This document shows positions 26,701 through 36,600 of a stretch of 64,000 nucleotides of DNA, one piece after another. The translations under genes and the position numbers were made by a program. The stretch is from a virus. The stretch is from the IMG/VR virus record IMGVR_UViG_3300030380_003294; one strand, given 5' to 3'. Under the pieces are notes generated by a model. That model had not been told where the DNA came from. It was given only the letters and a program-made list of their open reading frames with translations, and searched no databases. Position 1 is the stretch's first letter. Each line of letters starts with the position of its first letter.

Positions 26701-29700
26701 CATCAGCAGAATAAGATCCAGAAAGAGTTTGTTGGGTATTTCTAGTGATCGTAGTGACGTTAGAAATGCCAACAGTATTATTGATTTGAGTAGCACCACC
26801 AATCGTTGTTTCACCTGCAATGATAGTATTACCATTGTCACTATCAACAGTAAACTTATCTACTCCAGAACCATTCTGAACTGCAAACTCTTCGTTAGCA
26901 GCGTTGAGGATAAGTGAATCATTAATAGTTGTCTGACCTTGAACAACCAGAGTACCATCAGTTGCAATGTTACCTGTGGAAGAGGCAACAGTCATCTTAT
27001 CAGTTGTGCCAGATCTAACAGCAAAGTTAGCGTCAACGTCTAAGGTGCCGTTAATCTCAGTATTGTTAGCAACAGTCAGTGTACCACCAAGAGTTGTATT
27101 GTTATCTACGTTAAGTGTAGAGTTCAACTCAGTGTGACCATCAGCAGTCAGTGTGCCTTCAATATTAGTATTACCAGTTACGTTATCAACGAAGAACTTA
27201 TCAGTCGTTCCATTTCTAACCGCAAAGTCTGCGTCAACATCGAGAGTACCGTTGAAGTTTACGTTATCATTAACAGTCAGTGTACCTTCAATAGTTGTAT
27301 CACCAGTTGCACCAATAACAGTGAACTTCTCACTATCACCAGAGTTCTTTTTACCAACTGAGAATCTCTCTCCTGATCCTGTAGCACCAACGTACAGGGA
27401 TTTCATAATACCTGCACCACCATGTGCCTTTAAGGTGGAGAAGTTATGAGATGCATAGGAAGGAGATGCCTGATAAGTGTCACCGAAACGACCTCTGTAT
27501 CTGACTCTCAACCAGTTCAATCTAGATTCAGTCTCTGTCGCACTATCCTTAATCTCAAGAGGACCGTTGACGTGTAACGTACCATCGATCAGAGCAGAAC
27601 CTGCAATGTATGCACCACCATCAACTCTTAGTGAACCATAGTCATTAGATTGAATCTCCCAAGTACCAGTAGTTCCGTTCTTCGCAGTGGTGATATCGTT
27701 TGTGCTTTCGGAGTGAATATTACCTGCGATTGCAACGTTACCGTTTGCATCGATATCATTAGAGAAGGTTGCAATGTTTGTAACACCCAATGTACCTGCA
27801 ATAGATGTGTTACCAGAAGCAGCAACAACGTTAAACTTGTTAGTGTTAACGTTAAAGTTACCAGTTACATCTAAGATACCTGCAAGAGAACCATTACCAG
27901 TTGTAGATTGGAACTCAACTTTAGTAGTTCCAGATCCATTGTTTAATTGTAATGTCTTAGAAGCACCCTGTAAAACTACGTTATCATCAAAACGAGATGT
28001 ACCATGAATGCGAAGGTTGGTATCAATATCAACTGAACCACCGATATTAACATCATCACCAATACCTGCACCACCTGCAACTACCAGATCACCAGTAGTA
28101 TTAGAGGTGGAGTTTGTGTTTGTAGTAAGTTTTAAGTTACCACCGATTATACCAGACGCTGTTCCTGTAAATACTTCTGAAGTATTTGTGGCGTCGTGTA
28201 AAAACGTAAATCCTCCGACATGTCCTCCAAGGTCTGTGTAAGAATCGTCGTAACCAAAGAATCCAACTCTTGCTTGAGAGTCGTAATATCTGAATTCAAC
28301 TCCACGATCTTTATTGTCATCACTAGAAGGAGCAGTATCGCCACCAAGAGTGATAATGGGATCATCAACGGTCGTAACCGTGCTATTAACTGTTGTAGTT
28401 GTTCCATCTACTTGTAAATCTCCATGAACACGAACTAATCCAGTGATTGCTCGATCATCACCTGGATCAAGGTGCATGGTAGCATTAGAAGTTGCAATAT
28501 AATTGTCTTGGAATCTCGCATCTTCAACATGGACTTTACCAGTAGCAGCAGATGCATCGATATCAACAACGTCTTCTGCTGTTAATGTTAGTGTGCTTGT
28601 GCCAGAACCTGCGTTTGTAGAAGCAACAGTAAAGTTTCTATTAGTTGCAGTATTCTGAGTTAGTTCAATATTGAGGTTTCCATCCCCAGTCTTATCAATC
28701 TGTTGAGCAGTTGCTCCATCAAGAAGAATATCAGGATCAGATATAACGGTACGGACATTGATATCAACTTCGCCAGCTCCGCTGTCCCCCGTATTATTTG
28801 CGCCAAACAGTAGGTTACCACTAGTGTCATTAACCTTAACATAATTTAGATAGTTGAATCCTCTGTAACCAGATGTTGCTGTAAGTTCTTGATCGAGTTC
28901 AAAAGTTTCTAATGTATTACCATCAGCGAAACCAACTCTATTATTCTGTAATTGATTATTATCTACACCTTGGGCAGAAATTGTAACATGTCCGTTGCTG
29001 TCAACGTCAAAGTCTTCTTGTGCAAAGGATGCAAGACCTTTTTGCTCCGTTGCCTCGGCAGCGAGATATCTCCACCCGCCAGAGTCGCCAGAAGCATGAG
29101 TAGGAGCACCTTGCCCTGCAGCAATACCAGTGATTGCCTGGTAGACCTTTGAGGCATTTTGAATGATATCATATCTAACGTAAGTAGTACCTGCTGCATA
29201 GTTAGCGTACTTACTACCTTCTGTTGCGGTAGCGATAGGTACATTTGTAGCACTTGTTAGACGACCTCTGTCGTCAACTGTAAATTTGACTGCGTTAACT
29301 GTCTCTGTACCAAAGGGTTCTGAACTAGAACCAACAGCATTTACGGATGTCAGGGATTCCGTATTATAATTACCTGCTGTTACAGGAGTCGCAATAATGT
29401 CGATTGTTGGGTTTCCACTAATACCACCACCATTGGTAATAGCAATTCTACCTGCAGTACCTGCAATAGTTCTGGTCTGCATATTACCACCAGAAGTTCT
29501 AGAAATTAAACCAGTGGTAGTAAGACCTGCAATAGAAACAAGGTCTAAGTCATATGGTTGAGCAGATGAACCTTCAACGGTTCCGTTTAAATTATAATCT
29601 GCAAGAGTTGTTGGGTTTGAAGCATTTGTAATTCTACCTTTTGCGTCTACAGTTACCTTTGTATAAGTTCCTGTAGCAGTATCAGTACCATCATAATGTG

Positions 29701-30085
29701 GTAATGTAGAGATAAGACTGATAGAAGAAGTTAAGTTGAGGTTTTGTGAACCGTCAAATACACCAGATGCTTGTACGTCACCAGAGAGTTGAATTTGTCT
29801 AGTTGAAGCAAGACGTGCAGCAGTAGAAGAGTTACCAATAAGAGTTGCAGTTACCGTACCTGCAGCAAAGTTACCGTCAGCATCTCTTTGTACAAGAGTG
29901 TTGGCAGTATTAGACGTTGATTCGACAGGACGTTCATACCGCAAGGTATTCCATGCAGTGACACCATCACCAATCTTAAATCGACCAGTGTCTAGTTCAA
30001 TGCCAAGTTCACCTTGAGCAAGGGTTGGGTTTGAGTTTGCCCATTCCTGAGCACCCCCTCTTCTTAACTGAATTCTATTTGCCAT
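23744..30085 (-). CDS. Large fibre protein (2,113 aa) at the fibritin/whisker position
   Basis: N-terminal RIQLRRG...NPTLAQGELGIELDTGRFKIGDG.TAW (Mtd-N/hyaluronidase-like anchor); Thr/Gly-rich beta repeats; immediately upstream of g13. Confidence 0.85.
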   Translation of the reverse strand: MANRIQLRRGGAQEWANSNPTLAQGELGIELDTGRFKIGDGVTAWNTLRYERPVESTSNTANTLVQRDADGNFAAGTVTATLIGNSSTAARLASTRQIQLSGDVQASGVFDGSQNLNLTSSISLISTLPHYDGTDTATGTYTKVTVDAKGRITNASNPTTLADYNLNGTVEGSSAQPYDLDLVSIAGLTTTGLISRTSGGNMQTRTIAGTAGRIAITNGGGISGNPTIDIIATPVTAGNYNTESLTSVNAVGSSSEPFGTETVNAVKFTVDDRGRLTSATNVPIATATEGSKYANYAAGTTYVRYDIIQNASKVYQAITGIAAGQGAPTHASGDSGGWRYLAAEATEQKGLASFAQEDFDVDSNGHVTISAQGVDNNQLQNNRVGFADGNTLETFELDQELTATSGYRGFNYLNYVKVNDTSGNLLFGANNTGDSGAGEVDINVRTVISDPDILLDGATAQQIDKTGDGNLNIELTQNTATNRNFTVASTNAGSGTSTLTLTAEDVVDIDASAATGKVHVEDARFQDNYIATSNATMHLDPGDDRAITGLVRVHGDLQVDGTTTTVNSTVTTVDDPIITLGGDTAPSSDDNKDRGVEFRYYDSQARVGFFGYDDSYTDLGGHVGGFTFLHDATNTSEVFTGTASGIIGGNLKLTTNTNSTSNTTGDLVVAGGAGIGDDVNIGGSVDIDTNLRIHGTSRFDDNVVLQGASKTLQLNNGSGTTKVEFQSTTGNGSLAGILDVTGNFNVNTNKFNVVAASGNTSIAGTLGVTNIATFSNDIDANGNVAIAGNIHSESTNDITTAKNGTTGTWEIQSNDYGSLRVDGGAYIAGSALIDGTLHVNGPLEIKDSATETESRLNWLRVRYRGRFGDTYQASPSYASHNFSTLKAHGGAGIMKSLYVGATGSGERFSVGKKNSGDSEKFTVIGATGDTTIEGTLTVNDNVNFNGTLDVDADFAVRNGTTDKFFVDNVTGNTNIEGTLTADGHTELNSTLNVDNNTTLGGTLTVANNTEINGTLDVDANFAVRSGTTDKMTVASSTGNIATDGTLVVQGQTTINDSLILNAANEEFAVQNGSGVDKFTVDSDNGNTIIAGETTIGGATQINNTVGISNVTTITRNTQQTLSGSYSADGAFRLSGGAGIAKNLAVGEGLRVYGGTELTGALDLNSSADISGGLVTHDNVTVTADNKFFKVQNGSGVDKFTVDTDNGNVVSQGQLTVVGDTALQSDLVVTGNLTVNGTTSTINSTVTTIDDPIITVGGDTAPSSNDGKDRGVEFRYFDGSAKLGFFGFDRSSSEFALLTSASNSSEVFTGTDGALRIGSIHVTGAGTSVDIDNNLNVDGTATVDGQIISQVSSGPALVIPTTDKINNLNADLLDGMTTATAATVSTVVNRDASGDFAANQITAASGTGSGAGFLGNASTADAWKTARTFTLAGVVQGSVSVDGSSAPTINTTFVDADSTGLAAMSGTGYVVRTGTGTYAQRTLQVTASSGITLTNANGVSGNTTINVASASSNSANNLVIRDGSGNFAANIITAALVGNVTGQVSDISNHDTGDLTEGSNLYFTNERVDDRINALFVASTGITRVYDDTNNTYTLSVTQSDINTDNVTEGSSNLFTTAARTRTHFTYGKGVKLTSADLAIDFTEFNTGDITEGSNLYYTDERVDDRVNALITAGTGITKAYNDAANTYTLTVTQADIDTDNVTEGSSNLFTTAARTRTHFTYGTGIELSGSGELSVTQADINTSNITEGSKLFYTDARFDTRLAAKTTANLTEGSNLYFTNARADARVAAATGANLSLAAKSTSDLSEGTNLYYTNARADARVALQTGGNLDLSEKTTTNLAEGTNQYYTEARVQAKLDNAYEQLRAMLTNLATSTTLTLNLSGDPTPGAVVTTGVSVGGGGGFSAATGVATSGAASGATGLTVDTTVDADGNITAAAVNAGGSDYLITDTVTITNANAGKVLSFNLATLTGGSNYVTGTALATTGGSGSASLVVNITASAGAITNVTINDGGTGYAVGETITIVQPTGLDGSNPGSGGTVNTATVATNATLTLTDITTMEVGATVTGATSGTTGVITALGTNQVTVDNVDGFFKKGEVVSANDVTALTISSFS
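24520..25445 (-). repeat. Eight T-x-(D/N)-(L/V/I)-x-EG-(S/T)-(N/K)-(L/Q)-(Y/F)-(Y/F/T)-T-x-x-R repeats in the fibre
   Basis: For example TGDLTEGSNLYFTNER, TDNVTEGSSNLFTTAAR (x2), TANLTEGSNLYFTNAR and TSDLSEGTNLYYTNAR; GATCCTTCAGT recurs in the DNA. Coordinates approximate. Confidence 0.85.
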
Positions 30086-30123
30086 TTTGTTAGGACAACT
30101 CTATACGGTTTATGCTTCCAAGT

Positions 30124-30131
30124 TATTTATG
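30124..30131 (-). promoter_or_regulatory. Late promoter variant CATAAATA (fibre/neck operon)
   Basis: NNTAAATA box located after a terminator and 38 nt before the fibre ATG. Confidence 0.7.
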
Positions 30132-30136
30132 CTAGT

Positions 30137-30160
30137 AAAAAGGGGTTCTTTATGAACCCC
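30137..30160 (-). terminator. Intrinsic terminator ending the baseplate operon
   Basis: GGGGTTC-ATAAA-GAACCCC-TTTTT on the minus strand. Confidence 0.85.
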
Positions 30161-30166
30161 CTATAA

Positions 30167-30397
30167 TTACTCTTCAGTTTCTTCGTCGGGAGGATGTGAC
30201 ATTGTTTCGGGTTCACCCCCTGCACCGTAGTATTCTAGGGTTTCGATTGCCCCTTGAAGTTTCAGTGCTTGGACTTCATTCTGTTTAATTTTAGCAGAGA
30301 GTTCTTGGTTCTCTTTAATGAATCCTGCATATTGTTCTTTGAACTGCTTAAGCATCTCCTCTTGAGACACTTTTTCAACAGGTGCTGATGTGGTCAT
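30167..30397 (-). CDS. Small coiled-coil hypothetical protein (76 aa)
   Basis: Heptad repeats, LKLQGAIETLEY. Confidence 0.75.
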   Translation of the reverse strand: MTTSAPVEKVSQEEMLKQFKEQYAGFIKENQELSAKIKQNEVQALKLQGAIETLEYYGAGGEPETMSHPPDEETEE

Positions 30398-30400
30398 AAT

Positions 30401-30625
30401 TTAATCAGATTTTTGGACTAACGTTAGTAAAAGTGATTTGATCTCACTCATGTCTGATTTTAACTCAGAAACTTCATTTTGTAAAGTAGCAAAATCCTCT
30501 TTTGTTCTTTTGCTTGCTGAATGTGCGAGCATATACTTTTGATAAGTATCTTGATCGGCACAGTTAAAGGATCCCGATTGGGAATCCCTAAACCAATTTT
30601 CTTTTCCTTTTACGGGTTGATACAT
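30401..30625 (-). CDS. Small conserved protein downstream of the large structural gene (74 aa)
   Basis: V.G....FRD..SG N-terminus and coiled-coil LKSDMSEIKSLL; TAATG overlap with the upstream gene. Confidence 0.8.
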   Translation of the reverse strand: MYQPVKGKENWFRDSQSGSFNCADQDTYQKYMLAHSASKRTKEDFATLQNEVSELKSDMSEIKSLLLTLVQKSD

Positions 30626-33600
30626 TATACAGCAAGGGCGATTGCTCGCAAGTCTTGAAGGATCGGAGTTAAAGACTGGTTCGGTGATGTGAATACAATC
30701 TTGATTTGATATTGATCAAAATTCAAACCAGATACTTCATATTCATAATCTTTGAATATCGTCTTCTCTGTAGTAGGAGGTACATTTGCACCCGCATCAG
30801 GGAAGAACTCAAATCCAAATGTTTCGATTGGATCGGTAGAACCAGTTGGACGTACTCTATATAGGACCTTAATGAAAGTGTTTGCAGGACGGTATCCTGT
30901 GAACAGAACTTTAATAGCACCAGATGGATTAACAAGATCAGCAGAGCGAGTAATGTACACTGCATCATGTAAATCACCAACACTTAACTTAGCAGTATTA
31001 GGATTAGCAGGACTATTAATCCTATTCATAACAGTAGTCATTGACATTCTGTCTGTATCAATTAGAGGTGATACGTTTCCTTTATTACTTGTAAGTGTTA
31101 GGTCTAATCTAAAGGACTTAGCACCTGCAAGTTCACTAGATTCATTAATGCTAGAGCAAATTAACTGAGGAGCAGATAATAAATTATCCTCACTTAAGAT
31201 GATATCGGAGAATACGCCATCGTTAGAGAACGATTCTTGCAATCTAGTGTTACCATCATTAATTGATGTACCACTAATACCATTGATTCTAGCAGTAATA
31301 CCTGTCTCAGGTAACAACATTCTCTCAATCTGTGGGACCAAGATATCATATTGAACATTTTGAGTTGCAACTGCACCAAAACCGCCAGATCTAATACCAA
31401 GTCTACCAATAGAACTGGTAGCGATTTCATAAGTATCAAGGGTTGGATTGAGGATACCATTATGTGTCTTGTTAATTTCAATCAGAGGAATACCATCAAG
31501 GTTATAACACTCAACTATAGACTCATCAACGTGAGATACTGCAGTTGTTCCATCAAGTCCTCTTTCACTTAAAGTGATGGTTTGGAAATCACCTGAGATA
31601 GCAGTGTAAGAAACAATCTCAGTTCCTGCATCACTAATAATTCTTGCATAACCCTTAACCGTAGCACTGATAGTAGCACCATTAATAATTGTATGGAATG
31701 CAGAAGCATCATTAACATTCAGAGATGTATCAGATGCTGAGATAGCAGCAGTTAAGTAAGTTGGGGATACTTCAGATTTGATTCCAGAAATAATAACATT
31801 GTTTGCAGAACTATGCATACAGTGATTACTATGTGCAATACGAACCTTTCTCTGAGAAGTGGAATAAGTTGGAGTTGCAGTAGGATATCCATCACTAACT
31901 GCTGATGCTTCAATAGCATCTCCAGAATAAGTTACGGATGAAACAGTTGCAGTAACAGAAGATGAACCTCCAGTGATAGTTTCAGCAGGAGATGTTACAA
32001 AATCGGTAGAGACGAAACTCAATGTTAATGTGTTTGATCCTGCAGTCCAAGATACAACTTCAGCAGTAGGAGCAGTAGCAGAGTTACCAGTGATTGTTTC
32101 ACCAACTGTGAAGTCACCAGATGCACCACTCACAACCATTGTTGCAGTGGTCTTAGATGATACAATTCTATTTGAGATTACACCACCAGTATTAGATCCT
32201 GCAGCAAATGTTCCAGTAATATCTTTAACCGTTAGGATAACTCCACCAGTAGTTACAGTTCTCTTGGCAATAGTACCTTGAGCAAGAGTAGTCTTCTGAT
32301 AGATTCTAGCACCAACAGTGTATGGAAGTGTAGTAGAGTTAAGAACAAGATCAATCTCAGGAATAAATGTCTGAACTGGATCTGCTTGTAAGTTCAACTT
32401 ACCACCATTACCAATATCAAGAGGAGCATTATTTAATGTCACGGTAGACAACCCAGAGGTATCAAACTCTGCTCTATTGACTTTAAACTTCAAGTCTTCA
32501 TACTGGTCAGCAGTCCATGTAGATGCGTTCTGTGATTTAAACAGCACACCTGCATATGGTTGCTCAGAGATAGTTCTGTCACCAGTAATATCAATCTCAC
32601 CCATTCTGGAAATCCAGATTTGATATTCATTAGAGTCAGAAAGAAGAACAAAACAATGTTCAATCGACTGTGGAATATAAACGGGTGCTTTGAATGTAAA
32701 CTTAGTTGCAACAGCAGCAGTTTCAGATAACTGAATCTGAGATGGTTCTAAAGTTACATCAGAGAAAGGTAGGATACTTGTGGTAGGATATCCATTTTCC
32801 ATGGTTCTAACCTGCATGGATACAGGAATGTTTGTATCTTTCTTGAAGAAGTATACTTCGACAGATGTCAAGAACACACCACCTTCTTCATCAGAAATAA
32901 AGGATTGAGCGAGAGGGTCATACCAACCAATCTGTCTGGTTTCAGTTCTGATTGTATTGAAGTTTCTAGTCTGGTTAACAGTGTCACGAACAATTTCAGC
33001 ATTTCTAACAGCAAGAACGTTCTCACGAACTCTGTTCAATGTACCACTTGCTTCGTATTCTGCTTCAGCAGAAGATGCAACTGCACCTGCAAGACGTGAA
33101 TCGGTATCGGAAGTAGAAAGTCTGACAGTTCTAGTACCTGTTGCCCAACGGGGGTTAGTATCAACAGAAGCAGGAGGAATAAAGAATGATGCTTGCATCT
33201 TACCAAAACGGTCTGAAACAAGACGACGATCTTTAACAACTGCTCTAGCACCAGAATCAGCAACTAACACTTCACCAACTTGAATATTACCATAGAACTG
33301 ACCAACAGCATTAGATGCTAATGCATCGGTATCAATGTTCAAGTATGCAGTAGTAGAAGCATATGATGTTGCCATCACTGTATCATCATATGGATTGTTT
33401 ACATATAAATCATCAGGGTTTGCAACTCTCAATACACAACCACTATTCTGTCCTCTTACCGTTTCACCAGGAATGAAAGGTGTGGAGTTTGTACGGGCAT
33501 CAGTAGAAGGGTTCTTGATAAGTTCAATCAACTTAGGAGTGAAATAATCAGATACTTTCTTACCATCGAAGAAGGAATAGAAACGAGTTCTGGGTTTCAG

Positions 33601-36600
33601 TCTTTCAACATTAACCTTAACGTTTCTAGATCTAATCCAAGGAATAGCAGTAGAGGAAACAACACTATCACCAAGAGATTGTCTGTCAATTCTAGGAATA
33701 ACTCTGGAACGAATACCAGATCTAGTTTGTCTAGTGGTAGTAAGTAGAGTTTCTGTTCTATTAACACGACGCATACCACGACCACCCCAAACACCAGGAC
33801 TAGGAGATCTACCACGGTCCATCTCTAACCAGAAGGAGTTTCTAGTAACTCTAGATCCAATAGTTCTACTTGTAGTCCATTGATCTCTCCATGCGTTCCA
33901 CTGAATAGGAGCAAAACCATTCTGGTCAACTCTAAGTTCAGAGGATACTGCTTCAAAATCACCTTCAATCTGTGTAACTCTTTGAGGTAATCTTTGAGTT
34001 TCCAACCAGTCATCAGATGCAGGAGTTAGATCGATACGTCCAATATATGTGAATACGTTGAATGGGTTGATGTTCTCAACTCTAGAAGCATATGGTTGGT
34101 TGATGATAGTCAACTCAGCATATGGAAGAGTGATAATTGGTCCCGTCTTCTGATAATTACTAGATAATGTTGTATTGACTTCTAAAGGAACGTTAGTTGT
34201 ATAATGAGAGGAATGTAATTCTCCAGATGCAAAGTCTAATGAAGAAGCAAAGTCTTCATGTGAAGTTTCAGACTTACTGTGATCAGAGAAATCATCTACA
34301 ATGAATCCATTCTTTAATCTATCCTTTCCGTCAGCATCAATAATCTTAGTATTGAATGTGTCAGACTCAAGCATGTTGAGTGAAGTATAGTATTCAACTT
34401 GATCTAACCTACGTTCAATACCACCGATGTCACGCATGGTGTAACGTCTGTTATCTGATCTAGTGATGACAATATCAGTCTCAGGGTCAAAACCATATGG
34501 TTTATGAGACATGGTTGCTAGAAGCATACCATCTTTAAGATCGTCAGGTTCCTTAGGTAACTCAGAAGATTTACCTTTAATAAGTTGGAATTCACCTGCA
34601 GGTGTTAAGAATGCTTTATCAATTCTAGGTAAGAACCAGTCAAAATCACAACGGAAATCACTTTGAATCTTAGGAACATCAAAGATAGTAGCATTTGGTG
34701 TACCTGATACATTGAATACTCTTGACTTAAAGTCAAATGTAGAACAGTTAACAAAAGCAGGAGATGCTACTGTACCAGTACCACTATAAAGATTCTTACA
34801 ACCAGGTCTAAAGTCTAAGAAATCTGCAAGATAGGTTGTTTTAAAGAATGGAATATCGGTATATGCTGTATCAAGATATGATTGACCACCGAAGTAATCA
34901 CCAGTTGCAGAGTGTGTATAGTAATCAATCACCATCAGAACTTTTCTGATAGGAGTTGCTACACCTTTTTTACGAGTGATCTTAGAGATATCGTAAATGA
35001 AACCAGTCTGATTTACTTCTAAGAAATAATTGTCAGTGATAACTTTAGATCCTGCAATAACAGATCCAACACTGTCGTTAATGATTGCACTAATAGCAGT
35101 TCCATTACTGTCAAAACCATCAATGGTTTCACCTGACTGTAGTGTGCCACTAATATAAACAAGACTTAGTTTCAAAGTACCTGAGCTGAATGCAACAACT
35201 TTTGCTCTTGCTTTAGAAGTTCTACCAGTAACGATAGTGCCTGTAGCAAAGAAAGTAGGTTCAACCAGAGTTACAGAAGGAAGAACAGGATCATTGTCAT
35301 CATTAGACTCATATACAGCGTGTAATCTGTAGCAGTCTACAAGACCAAGAGATAGATCTCTGTCTTGAATTCTTGTTCCGTATAGATTTGAATATGTTAA
35401 ATTATAATTTTGCTTATCAAGATTTTCTACTGTCTTATTAACTTTAAGAACAAACATCTGTTGACCAGATTTTGTTTTTCTCTGAGTCACGTTCTTCGAG
35501 ATAGTTGCAGTAACTTTAATCGAAGTAATGTTAGTTAAGTTATCAATCTGAATAGTTGTCCTATCAGAACTGGTGAACGTGGTATAACCAACAGCACCAG
35601 AGTTGGTAGTATTGATAGTGATCTGATCACCGACAGGGTGAGTGCTATTTGAACCTGCAAGTACGGTGAAGGTATAGTTTGTATCTGAAATTGCTTGGAA
35701 CTGTTCATTCTCAGGGAGAGTAATAGAAATAGAGTTAGAAGCAACGGTCTGTGCGTCAAAAGTTCTTCTAACGATCATAGATTCGTCAGAAATACTCTTG
35801 ATATACTTCTTAGGCATCTCACTTAAGAGATTTGCATTCTCAATGTTATTCAACTTAGAACGCTGTCTAAGCAATGCGGTATAAGTTCCTGCAGAAGGAG
35901 CAGCACCACCAGGACCAGGAGTTACATTAACTGTTTGTGCAGCGTAATTAAAGATTGTGGAAACTTGAGAACCAGTTAGTGAAGTTGGATTAATTTTATC
36001 TACTTCAACATATTGAGTTCCATTAAAGAAGATTCTATCACCAGGTTTTAAATCTAAAGCAAAGTTTGATTGTGAACCAGTAATCTTTTCAGAACCACCT
36101 GATGCATCATAAGTGAATGTACTACCTTGAATAACTTGAATGTCACTTAAGATAATGTCAGAAGTAAATTCTGTAGCATTTGTACTTTCATCTCTAGAAA
36201 CAATCTGTCTAGTATCAGAGAATGAATAACCATGAACAACTTCGATAGTATCAACATTCAAATTATCAACGGTAACCATTTCACCAACAGTGAAAGAACC
36301 TTCAACTTGATAACATTTAATATGATCACTTCCACTAATTGCATCTACAAGATATGCTCTTGCACCAGAAGTTGCACCAACAAGAAGAGAACCCGCTGAA
36401 ATATTAACAGAGGATGCTAATTCTAAAACAGTAAACATCTGAATGTCAAACAAGTTGACATTGTAAGTATCATCAGCATCTCCAAAGGTTGTATTATCAC
36501 CATCAGAAGTATGCTCAATCGCAGCAAGTCTTGCAAAACCAATAATGTTACCTGATTGCTGTCCTGGAGTTGCTGTATAAGTATCCCTTAATTCAATAGT

